Shown piece after piece: positions 11,973 through 24,750 of a stretch of DNA of 64,000 nucleotides. How positions within the stretch are numbered: the stretch's first letter is position 1; each line of letters starts with the position of its first letter. The notes beneath the pieces are model-generated. The model ran no database searches. It saw nothing but the letters and a program-made list of their open reading frames with translations, and had not been told where the DNA came from. The stretch is taken from contig OX597826.1 in NCBI GenBank assembly GCA_951406725.2, positions 23,932,001 to 23,996,000 of the forward strand. Reading direction: 5' to 3'. A program made the position numbers and the translations under genes. This stretch comes from Octopus vulgaris. Its lineage: Eukaryota.

Positions 11973-12920
11973 TCATCGTTTAATGTCCATTGCCCATGCT
12001 GGCATGGGTTGGACAGTTTGATCAGGCCTAGTAAGCTGAAAGGATGCACCAGACTCCAGTCTGCTTTGGCATGGTTTCTACTGCTGGATGCTCTTCCTAA
12101 CACCAACCACTCTGAGAGTATAATGGATGCTTTTATGTGTCATCAGTATGGGTGCCAGTTGTGTGACATTGGTATCTGCCACAACTACAATTTCGTTTGG
12201 CTTGATGGGTCTCAAACACAGCATATTGCCAAAGGCCTTGGTCATTTTTGTGTGTGTGTGTATACATTGTTTGAAGTGTTGTATATATTTTATATATTAG
12301 AAAAAAAAGGAGGCTGTGAAGATTTAGATAAAATTTATTTATTTGGTGCTTTCATCTCTTAAGAGAGTCATTATGAATGGTATATTTATAGAAATTCATA
12401 TCATCATTGTCATTTAATGTCTGCTTTCTACGCTGGCATGGGTTGGGCAGTTTGACTCAGGACTGGCAAGCCAGAAGGCTGCACCAGGCTTCAATTTGGT
12501 CTGGCAGAGTTTCTACTGCAGGATGTCCTTCCTAAAGTCAACAACTCCGAGAGTATAGTGGGTGGTTTTTATGCGTCACTAGCATGAGGGCCAGTCAGGT
12601 GGTACTGGCATCGACCATGCTCGAATGGTGCTTTTTATGTACCACCAGCATGGGACCAGTCAGCTGGCACTGGCATTGACCATGCTCAAATTGTGCTTTT
12701 TACATGCCACTGGCATGGGTGCTAATCAGGTGGTACTGTCATCGGCCATGACAATGATTTCACTTTCCTCAACAGATCTTTGCAGGTGCAGTTTATTGCC
12801 CAATGATTGAAGGGTACTATTAAATGGGCTGGTTATGCTGCACTGGCATAGGCCACTGTTATAGTCTCACTTGGCTTGCTGGGTCTTCTCAAGTACAACA
12901 TATCTCCAAAGGTCTCGGTG
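11970..12920 (-). mobile_element. Two SINE family B copies (RTE-like tail, (ATG)n end)
   Basis: Each starts on + with (CAT)n TTTAATGTC and contains GGATG..CTTCCTAA; about 11970-12245 and 12402-12920. Confidence 0.7.
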
Positions 12921-13240
12921 AGTTGAAAAAAATTGAGAATTGAATTTATTTTCTAGCGTTTTGGGAAGAGGATATTTTTGGAATAGATGGGATGTTTTTA
13001 TTTTGAATCTACATGTGTATGTGTGGTGAATTTTTGGAGGATTGATTAGAGAGAGAGAAAAAATATATATATAGGCACAGGAGTGGCTGTGTGGTAAGTA
13101 GCTTGCTAACCAAACACATGGTTCCGGGTTCAGTCCCACTGTGTGGCATCTTGGGCAAGTGTCTTCTGCTATAGCCCCTGGCCAACCAATGCCTTGTGAG
13201 TGGATTTGGTAGACAGAAACTGAAAGAAGCCTGTCGTATA

Positions 13241-14404
13241 TCATCATCATCATTTAGCGTCCGTTCTCCATGCTAGCATGGGTTGGACGGTTCAACTGGG
13301 GTCTGTGAAGCTGGAAGGCTTCATCGGGCCCAGTCAGATCTGGCAGTGTTTCTACGGCTGGATGCCCTTCCTAACGCCAACCACTCCGTGAGTGTAGTGG
13401 GTGCTTTTTACGTGCCACCCGCACAGGTGCCAGACAGAGCTGGCAAACGGCCACGAACGGATGGTGCTTTTACGTGTCATGGGCACGGGGGCCAGGCGAG
13501 GCTGGCAACGGCCACGAACGGATGGTGCTTTTACGTGTCACCGGCACGGGGGTTAGGCGAGGCTGGCAATGGACACGAACGGATGGGGCTTTTACGTGCC
13601 ACCAACACGGGGGCCAGACAGAGCTGGCAAACGGCCATGAAACGGATGGTGCTTTTACGTGTCACCGGCACGGGGGCCAGGCGAGGCTGGCAACGGACAC
13701 GAACGGATGGTGCTTTTACGTGCCACCGACACGGGGGCCAGGTGAGGCTGGCAACGGACACGAACGGGTGGTGCTTTTACGTGCCACCAACACGGGGGCC
13801 AGACAGAGCTGGCAAACAGCCACGAAACGGATGGTGCTTTTACGTGTGTCCGGCACGGGGGCCAGGCGAGGCTGGCAACGGACACGAATGGATGGTGCTT
13901 TTACATGCCACCGACACGGGGGCCAGACAGGGTTGGCAAATGGCCACAAACGGATGGTGCTTTTACGTGTCACCGGCACGGGGGCCAGGCGAGGCTGGCA
14001 ACGAACACAAACGGATGGTGCTTTTACGTGCCACCGACACGGGGGCCAGACAGGGCTGGCAAACGGCCACGAACGGATGGTGCTTTTACGTGTCACCGGC
14101 ACGGGGGCCAGGCGAGGCTGGCAACGAACACAAACGGATGGTGCTTTTACGTGCCACCGACACGGGGGCCAGACAGGGCTGGCAAACGGCCACGAACGGA
14201 TGGTGCTTTTACGTGTCACCGGCACGGGGGCCCTGATGTTGATCGACCTCAATTTGGTTCTGCTTTCTGATATATGTATTGATTTGGTTTGATTTTGATT
14301 TTGACTGTTCTCACTGGTCTTGCCGGGTGTTCTCACGCACAGCATACTTCCAAAGGTCTCGGTCTCTGGTCATTTCCTTGGTGAGACCTAAAGTTCGAAG
14401 GTCA
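13241..14404 (-). mobile_element. SINE family B with expanded internal minisatellite
   Basis: CTGGATGCCCTTCCTAACGCCAACC tail motif; internal repeat array. Confidence 0.75.
13400..14232. repeat. GC-rich minisatellite, about 14 units of 61-62 bp
   Basis: Recurring ACGGATGGTGCTTTTACGTG..ACC..CACGGGGGCCAG. Confidence 0.95.
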
Positions 14405-16189
14405 TGTGTGTGTTTGTGTGTCTGTGGTTGTCCCCCTAGCATTGCTTGACAACCAATGCTGGTATGTTTACGTCCCCGTCACTTAGCGGTTCGGCAAAAG
14501 AGACCGATAGAATAAGTACTGGGCTTACAAAGAATAAATCCCGGGGTCTATTTGCTCGACTAAAGGCAGTGCTCTAGCATGGCCGCAGTCAAATGACTGA
14601 AACAAGTAAAAGAGTATATATGTGGTATGTGTCTGTGTGCATCCATGACTTGACATGATGGTTGTGAGTGGGTGTCACTGCCATATAAGTGATGTTGTTC
14701 TTTTCCAGTCTTGCATGAAAAATATGGGGAAACAATACCTTGCTTGGTGACAGGAATAGCATCCAGCTGTAGAAAATCTGCCTCAACAAATTCCATCTGA
14801 CCTATGCAAGCATGGGAAAGTAAGCATTAAATGATGATGTGCAGGAGGGGAAATAATAGTATTACATAAAATATCCTGTTATAAATTTTGAATCTTACAT
14901 ATTACGAAGAAAATCATAACACAAGGCTTCGAAATAGGTTATTGCGCTGATTAGTTTTAGGTCAATAAACTAGGAAGAATAAATTCCAAGTGAAAGGGAT
15001 GAGAAAATGTCCTTGTTTGCTGCACAAGAATGGTAATGCTACACCAGAAACTGAAGTGTTGTGGCAGTATATCTTGTAAACTGACAGGAACTATTCCCAT
15101 CTCCGATGTCAAATGCTTTAAACCTGGGTCTGCTGTGGTTGGTTGAGAATTCGGTCGGACTGGAAAACTGTATATATATATATGTATGTATATATAAAGG
15201 CGAAGAAGATCAACATTGGTATAGGTGTCCCTCTGTTTATGAGAATGTGTGCAGTATGTATTTGCTGGAATCCACTGGCTATGCTAAGTGAAAAAGTCAA
15301 AAGAGCAATTAGCAAGTTGGCGAGGATTAATGGATCATACGTATGTATGTGACATATGTGCATATGCATGTATATGTAGCTGTGTTCGTGCATGTTTGTG
15401 CATATCTGTATATGCATATGTATGTATGTATATATATATGTAGACATACACACACATACATACACACTCATATTGTATAAAGGGGAGGTAAAATTAATGC
15501 GCACTTATCATGCAATAAAAGAATCAGCTAAGAAGGGGAGGGAAGATCGGATGACAAACAACCACTTATGAATGTTACATACATACATACACACATGTGT
15601 GTGTTTGTATGTAAGTGTATACACATATATGCACTGTAGTACAAGTTTACTGTGATGACATGATGAACGTAATAACAAGCCTCCAAACTCTATCAACTGA
15701 CTTCTACCAGCAATTTCATTTGATAAGGGTTGTTTTCTCCTTTCCCCTCTTTCTTTCTTTCTTCCTCTCTTTCTCTCTCTCTCTCTCATTCTCCCTCTTA
15801 CCAGCTTCCCTTGTGTTTATCTTTCTCCTTCCTTACCATTTACCTATCTTTCACAACCACCTCATTCTATTCTCTTATCTTTCGCTTTCATTCCCTCTCT
15901 CTTTCTACTTCTTCGTTATTTATCTTTCTCTTTCTCTCTTTATTTCCCAATCTTTCTCCTCTTTCTCTCTTTCCTTTTTCCTTCCATTCTGCTCTTTCTT
16001 CTCATGCATTCTCTTATTTCATCTTCCCTGCTTTCTCTCTCTGTGGATAAGAAACTTTCTTTGCAACCACATGGTTTCAAGTTCAGTCCCATTGCATAGC
16101 ATCTTGGACAAAGTGCCTTCTACTATGGCTTCAATCTGACCAAAGCCTTTTGAATGAATTTGGAAGACAGAAACTGTGTGGGAGCCCAT

Positions 16190-16620
16190 CGACTGGCATC
16201 CATGCTAGTGGTTCACTAAGAGCACCATCTAAGCGTGATCGTTGCCAGATCATGCTCAGATTGCTTCTGTGCCGGTGGCACGTAAAAGGCACCATTCGAG
16301 AGTGATCATTACCATACTGGTACATGAAAAAATATTTGAGCCAGGTCGTTGCCAGTGCCGCTGGACTGGCTCCAGCGCAGGTAGCACGTAAAAAACACCA
16401 TTTGGGCCTGGCCGTTGCCAATATTGCCTAACTGGCCCTCATGCCAGTGGCACGTAAAAGCATCCACTACTCTCTCGGAGTGGTTGGCGTTAGGAAGGGC
16501 ATCCAGCTGTAGAAACTCTGCCAGATCAGATTGGAGCCTTGTGCAGCCATCTGGTTGGCCAGTCCTCAGTCAAATCGTCCAACCCATGCTAGCATGGAAT
16601 GTGGACATTAAACGATGATG
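16190..16620 (+). mobile_element. SINE family B
   Basis: GGCGTTAGGAAGGGCATCCAGC ... TAAACGATGATG tail. Confidence 0.75.
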
Positions 16621-17074
16621 ATATATAAAACTGAGAATGTGTGTCTGTCTGTCTGTGTGTTTCCCTAAAACTTGAGAACTACACAACCAATTTCATTCAA
16701 ATTTTACACATGCCTTACTTAAGGTCCGACCCCACAGCAATATCATATTTTCTCCACTATTTCAGTATTACGTGTTAAAAGTGAAACAAAAACATCTCTC
16801 TAATGTAATGCAGACACTTTCATTTTAATACTGAAACTATTAAACTGAAAGTATTATATAACAGGGATGAACCATTAAAAAGTGGTCATCCTTTTTGCTA
16901 GAAGAAGATCCGCTATGATCTTATATGCTACACCACTGGTTTTCAATTCATATTAATCAAATTAATATTCAATTTTTCACCCTTATTATGTGTGTGTGTA
17001 TTTGCAATTCATATAAAATTGCATCAATACCTTGAACTTGAATAAGTGGTTTCACATACATGGGGATACATTAA

Positions 17075-18166
17075 CCCTTTCGTTACTATATTTCTGACCA
17101 AAATACACCCCTCATGAGTTTCAAATCATGAATCTAGGCTTGTTTCATTAAATAACTGTAACTTTTTTACTTATCAACATATTAATGTGATATTTGGAAC
17201 ATAATTAAAGAAAGGGTTCTTAATCAATTCTATTGCATAACTTTTGTCTCAAAGTGACTTTAATTACAGGTAAATCCAGGTAAATTGAGCAAAAGGTAAA
17301 ACTATTAAAATTTTAAATTGAGCAAAAGGTAAAAATATTAAAATTTTGTTTAAACATCACCATAGAAAATGAATCATCAGCTAATATTCAAATGGGTATG
17401 CAACAAAATTTTGATAAAGAAGAATTGTGCACATCACTATATCATCAGTTGAATTTAATGCACAACAGGTGTACCATAAAGGTGGAATAAAGTGAAATAC
17501 TGGAATCCACCGTAAGTTTGACCGAACTAAAGAAATCGGTCAAAAAATAATATACAGCCCTGGTTATGGTATGGAAGTGATAAATTCCAGACCACATCGT
17601 TCCCTAGGCCATGCTGACTAACATTATTTTCCCTGTATAAAAACTAAATCCACGCAGTACCCAGTATTTGCTTCACAAATTTTCCGAAATTTGAATCCCC
17701 ATTTTGTGTTTGTTTACATTTTGCGTAAGTTTGTTTCCGCATTGATCGCTTCAAACAATAACTTCCAGACCACATCATACCCTAAGCCATGCTGACTAAC
17801 ATTAGTTTCCCTGTATAAAAACTAAATCCACAACAGTACCCAGTATTTGTTTCACAAATTTTCCAATTCAGAATCAATGCTTGATAACATGAAACTCCTA
17901 TCCATTTTCAAAGTTGAAGAAAAATCAATGCTGAAAAAAATGTGGAAAAAAATCTCCCAAAATTCAGGGAATTAAAATTACATGTCGATCTTTGTACAAA
18001 ACTGTCAAGGAACTGTTTACGAAGCATAATCACATGTTTTCACGAATGTACTAAAGAGATTTGCTCTGATATTCTCATTTAAATATGAATAGGTAAATTC
18101 GGGCGGGTTTGGGCGGTTTGGTCACATTGACCAAAATTTTTTTCGGGCGGTTTGGTAACGAAAGGG
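17075..18166 (-). mobile_element. Non-autonomous piggyBac-derived element, copy 2
   Basis: TTAA on both sides (17071-17074, 18167-18170), TIR CCCTTTCGTTAC; near-identical reverse complement of 2519-3591. Confidence 0.9.
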
Positions 18167-18739
18167 TTAAAAAGGTTTGTTGTTATTATTATTACTGTTT
18201 GACTATTGTAATCACGTTTGTTGGTTCCTCGTCAGGGAAACGTTGTTGTGTTGCATTTGTTAAATAATTATAAACCATAACCTTCCCCCTTTCGGAGAAG
18301 GGGCTTTGGTTATTGTTTAAAAATTGAATTGTGACCCTGTTTGGGGAAATTGATAATATTTTCACCGTCTTTACGGAAGCATTTTTGTTAAAATGCCTTC
18401 TACAGAAGAAAGTCCAAAAATGAATTTCACTTCTATACAAGAGGGAGGACAAGATCCAATTAATCGAAATTGCAAAAGACGGGCCTACAATTCCAGTCTG
18501 TTATATATTTTGAGTATTGTTATCACTAGCGATATCAAGATATAACTTTGTATTTTATGTGTAGATGTATATAAATAGATGTACATGTAATATGTACACA
18601 TATACATGCATAATACATCTACCCATACACACATACGCACATACACACACATACATAGGGGCAGGTGTGGCTGTGTGGTAACAAACTACGTTCCAAACAC
18701 AAGGTCCTGGGTTCAGTTCCACTGTGTGGTGACTTGGAG

Positions 18740-21295
18740 GACAGCATATGTTCAAAAAGATTTCCAAGGAGGTTCTTACAAGAAACTCAGACAGGTGCTG
18801 ATGGGTATCCATCATACAGACGCAGAAAACCAGAAGACGGAGGTTTCACAGCAACTATTGGACAGCACGATATTGATAATAGATGGATTGTTCCATACTG
18901 CCCACTCCTGTCAAAGACTTTCAATGCCCACATCAACGTTGAGTTTTGCAACTCCATTAAATCCATGAAGTACGTTTGCAAATATGTAAACAAGGGTTCT
19001 GACGCTGCAATGTTTGGACTTCAACAAGAATACTTCCAGGATGAGGTGACGCATTATCAGGTGGGACGGTACGTAAGTAGCATCTTTGACTTTCCAATTC
19101 ACCAATGACACCCCGCCATTCAACAGCTTGCAGTTCACCTGGAAAATGGTCAAAGAGTGTACTTCACCGATGCTAATGCTTCTCTGTTGGCAGAGGAACC
19201 GAGGGATAGCACACTCACTGCATTCTTCAAACTTTGTCAAGTGGATCCATTTGCTCAAACCTTGCTGTATCCACAGATTCCATCGTACTACACTTGGAAT
19301 GGAAAAAAATGGGCCACATGGAAAACAGGTCAAAATGTTCATGGATACCCTGGCATTAAGTTTCACACTTGCCTTGGGCGAGTATACACAGTGCATCCCA
19401 CTCAACAAGAGTGCTTCTACCTTCGTCTACTACTGCATGAGGTCAGAGGGCCAACGTCTTTCCAGGCCCTAAAAACCGTTCATGGACATGTCTGCACAAC
19501 ATACACAGCAACCTGCTATTGACAACCTCTGTTAGAAGATGATGCACAATGGGATGCAACTTTAGGAGAGGCTGCTTTATCACAATCACCTAAAAGTCTC
19601 AGGGCACTATTTGCATTATTACTATAGGCATGCGAACTGTGTGATTTGGCCACTCTATGGCTCAAATATAGAGACAACCTGGCTGAAGACTTTCAGCGCC
19701 AACCTCAACTGCTCTATCCTGACATGGAGGGTATCAGCAATGAAATCTATAACAAAACACTCATTGGTATTGAAGACAGAATTGCTAAACTGGGTGTAAA
19801 TGAATTGTCGACGTATGGCCTGCCACAAGCATTCAGGTCAGGGTCAAATAGCCTTCCCACTGCTGTCATTCGTGAAACAACCTACGACACTCAAGCGCTT
19901 TCAAAGTACATTGTTGAAAATGAGCCTAAATTACTTCCGGACCAGCTGCAGGCCTACAGAACTACTCTTAACAGTGTACGCCAACGCGAGGGACGAATCT
20001 TCTTCCTCGATGTTCCTGGAGGGACAGGAAAAACATTTATTACAAAGCTTCTCCTTGCAGAAATTAGGCAGCATCAGGACATTGCAGTAGCTGTAGCCTC
20101 CTCTGGCATTGCAGCTACTTTGTTACCCGGTGACAGGACAGCACACTCAACTTTTAAACTCCCTCTCAATTTAGCAGCATCCGAAATGCCTTCATGCAAC
20201 ATCAACAAAAGCCCAGATCAGGGACAAGTACTTAAAATGTGTCATCTAATTGTCTGGGACGAGTGCACTATGGCTCACAAAGGAGCTTTGGAAGCATTAG
20301 ATAGAACCCTGAAAGACATCCGAGATTGTCAGGCTCCAATGGGAGGTGTAACGCTTCTGTTGTCAGGTGATTTCAGGCAAACTCTTCCTGTCATTCCGAA
20401 AGGCACTAGAGCAGATGGAGTCCAAGCATGCCTAAAGTCCTCTACCCTGTGGCATCATGTTACAATCCTCAGTCTCACCACTAACATGAGAGCTCAGCTA
20501 CATGGCAACAAAATATCCACAAAGTTTGCACATGACATTTTGACACTTGGTGAAGGCAAGATGCCTCTCAATGCTGCAGGACAAATGGAAGTGTGATCAT
20601 TTTCCTCTGTTGTTAATTCTGTAGTTGACCTCAAAAACAAAGTCTTTCCCAACTTCACACAAAACTACCAAATTCACAATTGGCTGTGTGAAAGAGCAAT
20701 ATTAGCTCCAAAAAACGTTGCTGTTAACAAAATTAATCAACAGCTAATGCATTCTCTTCCCGGCACTATACACACTTACAAGTCTGTTGATACAATTCCA
20801 GATATAAATGAAGTTGTGAACTATCCTCCTGAATTTCTCAATTCACTGGAGCCTCGTGGACTACCTCCACACATATTAGCACTTAAAGTTGGAACTCCTG
20901 TAATGCTACTCCGCAATCTGGAACCACCAAGACTTTGCAATGGAACACAACTGGTGATAAAGAAAATGATGTCACATGTTATCGAGGCAATCATTCTTTC
21001 TGGATGTGGAAAAGGTGATGACGTCTTTATTCCAAGAATTCCTCTTACTCCATCAGGAGCAGAAATTCCATTTACATTCAGAAGACTGCAATTCCCCCTT
21101 CGTGTCAGCTTTGCCATGTCCATTAACAAATCTCAGGGTCAAACCCTCTCTGTAGCTGGTCTTCTCTTGGAAGAGCCCTGCTTCTCGCATGGGCAACTGT
21201 ATGTTGGCTGCTCAAGAGTAGGAACCAAAAGAAACCTTTTTGTATAAGCTCCACAAGGAAAAACAAAGAACATTGTTTACAACGAGGTGTTATAA
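18740..21295 (+). pseudogene. Helitron RepHel (Rep C-terminus plus Pif1-like helicase), disrupted
   Basis: DGYPSYRRR, AHINVE, KYVCKYVNKG, PGGTGKTF, WDECTM, GDFRQTLPV, FAMSINKSQGQTL, FSHGQLYVGCSRV across several ORFs broken by stops and frameshifts. Confidence 0.95.
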
Positions 21296-21869
21296 TCACA
21301 ACAGCCAGGAGGTATATACATGATCCCCTTTTTTTTAACAAACTTGATGTACTTTCATGTATTTATATTAATATACATATATACGTGTGTGTGTATCCAT
21401 ATATATATAACAGAAAAGTCTAATTCTTCAATTGAATGTAACCGGGCAACGCCGGGTATCTCTGCTAGTATATATATATAAAGATACAGATAAGGAAATA
21501 ATTTTATTCTCAAGTGCAGGATAATGCTAATAATATACCATAAACAGGATAAACTAAACTTCATGCTATATTATTAGCAATATCCTGCGTCTGAGAATAA
21601 AATTATTTCCTTATCTGTATCTTTCAATACATTTTAACGCTTCTAAAGCAAACTTTGTTCGTTAAACTTTCAACATAAGTTGAAGTTAATAAATATTTAT
21701 ATGTGTGTGTGTGTGTGTCTTTGCATTTGTGCTTTCCCCCATTACTGCTTGACAACTGGTGTTGGTTTGTTTATGTCCTTGTAACTTAGTAGTTTGGCAA
21801 AAAATAAAAGCTGATGGACTAAGTACCAGATTTAACAACAAGTACTGAGCTTAATTTGTTCTACTAAAC

Positions 21870-22268
21870 CAGAGGTTCTCAACCAAGGTCCACATGGACC
21901 CTAGGGGTTCGTATAAGATTTGGGGGAGAGTCTATTGCTTAGCGGCATTTTGCCTGTCTTTATGCCGTGAGTCTAAATGCTACCAATATTGACTTTGCCT
22001 TTCATCCTTTAGGAATTGATAAAATAAGTACTAGTTATGCATTGGGGTCAATGTAATTTGTGCTTCAGATCAGTCAAGTTTATGTGCAAGGAATTGGTTA
22101 TACTTGTACAATGCACAAAATATCTCAACAATTATCTATATGCAATTCCTAATAATATCTAATTATTAAAATATAAAAGGATTTTTTAAACATCAAATGG
22201 TTATGGAGTCCACCCAAGTAAAATAAAAATCAAAGGGGTCCATAGATAAAAAGGGTTGAGAGCCCCTG
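21870..22268. mobile_element. hAT-type MITE inserted in a family A SINE tail
   Basis: TIR CAGAGGTTCTCAACC / GGTTGAGAGCCCCTG; exact 8-bp TSD TACTAAAC at 21862-21869 and 22269-22276; contains a family C SINE fragment. Confidence 0.85.
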
Positions 22269-22770
22269 TACTAAACCATCCAAGATGGTGCCCCAGCATG
22301 GCTACAGTCCATTGATCGAAACAAGTAAAATATAAAGATTATTCTGTCATAAAAAAATTGCAATCCTTCAAGCAAACCATTTTCTTTTCTGGATTCTCTT
22401 TCTGTCTAGACACACCACAACCATTATCCATTTCAGTGGGGATGTTCATTAACTCCAGAGGGTGCATGGCTTAGTGGTTAAGGTGTTGCGCTCTCGATTA
22501 TGAGATCATAGTTTCATTTCCCAGATGGGCTAGTGCATTGTGTTTTTATTTGAGCAAAACATTTCATCTCCTGTAGCTCTTCAGTCACCTTGACACCTGA
22601 TTTGTGGCCCACCTTGCACCTGTACAGGTAATGTCGATTCGATAAAAATATTAAGCTTATGTGCAGAACAAACATTTGATCACCTGGAACAAATCACCTG
22701 TCCAGGGTGTTCAGCAAGAAATTGTAGAACCCAGAATCCACTTTCTCAGACTAGAGGGACTACCATCAAA

Positions 22771-22985
22771 TTAACTTTTTAGCATTTAAACTGGCCATAT
22801 CCAGCTAAAATATTCTGCCTATTTTATGTTGAAACTAGCCAGATGTGGCCTCTTACACCTACCCTACAATGTCATTCTAAAAATAAATAATCACATCATG
22901 GAGATTTCAAATTTTTGAGATAATGCATGATTAATTAAAGGCAATATGAATATTGACTGAGTAATCTGAAGGCTAAATGGTTGCA
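22771..22985. mobile_element. ~210-bp TTAA-type MITE
   Basis: TTAAC..TTAGCATTTAAAC ... GCTAAATGGTT; related copies at ~25680-25828 (inverted) and ~30617-30832. Confidence 0.55.
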
Positions 22986-23239
22986 TTAACACCAGTTACT
23001 TTGGTCAAGTCTCTACACCTTACCCCCTTTTCCCTACTACTCTTCAGTGTTGATCCTTCTCTTCAAATTGATCCTTTTAATACTAACCTGCCTGAGACTG
23101 CTTTGGTTTTATGATCAAACTAAGTTATCTGAATTAAAATCATCCAGAAAAATGTCATGCTAATTTATGTCCTAAACACCAGTTTAATAGTTGCAAATTT
23201 GTTTCATTAAATTTGTTGTTCTGCAAACCAGGGTATTGC

Positions 23240-23470
23240 CACCCATAATGCAGAGGAGAGAAAGATAAATAAATGCAGGAGCCTGACCAACCAATATGCC
23301 ACTTTGTGCTGGTTGCCATTGAAAATTTGGGTATCCTCAGACTGTACTATTGTTTTCCTCTGCAAAAACAGTGTAATGGCTGCCCATCTGAGAAACATGC
23401 CTCATGATGTGGAGTGGCTAGGCAGTGAGTGTCATTCTCAGTGGCAACGCCACCATAGTCATGACCATAT
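23240..23470 (+). pseudogene. Restriction-like endonuclease fragment of a CRE-like non-LTR element
   Basis: With frameshifts reads AEERKINKC...HFVLVAIENLG...EWL...VILSGNATIV, matching the RLE pattern AE..K..KY / F.P.A.E.LG / RGNA. Confidence 0.5.
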
Positions 23471-23614
23471 GGCACGGTTGATCAAGCCATTTATTGTAGG
23501 GTGTGCAGCCCTTTGCTCCCTGCCCATCTATCTTCTGCTGTTTAACCCCACCCCACTTTTCTTTTCTGTTTCTTTGTTTCCTTGTAAAGGAATTGTTACA
23601 AAAAACATTATTCT

Positions 23615-24100
23615 TTTACTTGTTTCAGTTATCCAACTGTGGCCATGCTGGGGCACGACCTTAAAGGGTGTTAGTCGAAGAAATCAACCCCAGAACTTAT
23701 TCATTTTAAGCCTAGTACCTTATCAGTCTCTTTTGCTGAACCACTAGGTTGTCAAGCGATGGTAGGGGGACAAACAGACACAAATACACACACACACACA
23801 CGTATATGTGTGTGTATATAGTTGAAATTTACAGAAAAACAAAAGACAAAGACAAGTGTATAAACAACAAACAGGCGTATTAGTTTGATGCTCGGGAAGG
23901 TGAGGAAGTCTTTTTTTTTTTTGAGCCTATGCTCTTCAACAGAAAGGAACACGAAGAAATAAACAGAGAGAGAATAAAAAAACTTGTGGATTTAGTGGTG
24001 CTTCTTCCACAGCTACCAAACCCACTCACAAGGCTTTGGTCAGCCTGAGGCCATAGTAGAAGGCACTTAACCAATGTGTCACTTGCTAGAACTGAACCTA
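23615..24100 (-). mobile_element. SINE family A split by the hammerhead-bearing repeat (23818-23998)
   Basis: Tail 23615-23800, head remnant 24010-24100; insert carries minus-strand CTTT CTGTTGA A GAGC atag GCTC. Confidence 0.7.
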
Positions 24101-24117
24101 GAATTAAAACAAAGACA

Positions 24118-24750
24118 ATATATTTCAACAGAAATATGACAAATGGGTTAAAATGATTTGAATTAAGACTGTTTTCATTAAAATCTCATATCAATTTGTT
24201 TGGAGTAATGACAGAATTATTATACTAGATTTCTCATTTTCAAAATTAATTGAAACATTTGCAGTGTATTTTGACAGAACTACAACAACAAAAGGATTAT
24301 GGTGATCTGAATTAAAATCTTCCCTCAAAATTTCATGTTCTTTTGTTCCACACCAGCTTAATGACTAAATTATTTTACTAAACTCTTTATTATTCCCAAA
24401 ATTAATTGAACTGTAGCTGTGTATTTCAACATAGATATGGCAACAAAAGTGTTAAATAGCAACAAAGATATTTTCCTAAATTCTTTATTTTCCTAAATTC
24501 TTCGTTATTTTTCAAAATTAATTGAAACATTAGCATCGTATCTTAAAATGTTAGATATTTTCCCAAGTTCTTTGCTATTTTCAAAATTAATTGAATCGAA
24601 GGCAGTTTATTTCAACTGAAGTATGATAACAAAAGTGGTTACTAATAACAGAAGTAATTTTGCTAAATTCTTCATTATTTTTCAGAATTAATTGAAACAT
24701 TAGCATCATATTTTAACAGAAATACAACCACAAAATGGTCAAAAGTTAAA
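24118..24750 (+). repeat. Stack of about six degenerate piggyBac-MITE right termini
   Basis: Repeated TTTTCAAAATTAATTGAA...TATTTCAACAGAAATATG..AACAAAAG.GTTA, similar to 3530-3595. Confidence 0.55.

Larger units (their letters stand above)
13073..14614 (+). mobile_element. SINE family A split by a family B insertion
   Basis: Head 13073-13240 and tail 14405-14614; intervening sequence is a family B element in the opposite orientation. Confidence 0.8.
16621..21468 (+). mobile_element. Decayed Helitron with nested piggyBac-derived element and SINE head
   Basis: 5' ATATATAAAAC..GAATGTGTGTCTGTCTG; RepHel relic; 3' hairpin ACCGGGCAACGCCGGGT and CTAG|T at 21465-21469. Confidence 0.8.

Noticed and set aside
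13283-14345. Long repetitive ORFs and CRISPR-like periodicity
   Set aside because: Whole units repeat with no unique spacers and no cas genes; ORFs are open in several frames because the GC-rich repeat lacks stops
14950-15170. Possible minus-strand coding exon in non-repeat sequence
   Set aside because: The frames I translated show no recognisable domain and there is no supporting partner exon
19646-21247. Host PIF1 helicase gene
   Set aside because: Intronless, disrupted, preceded by Rep motifs and followed by a Helitron hairpin-CTAG end
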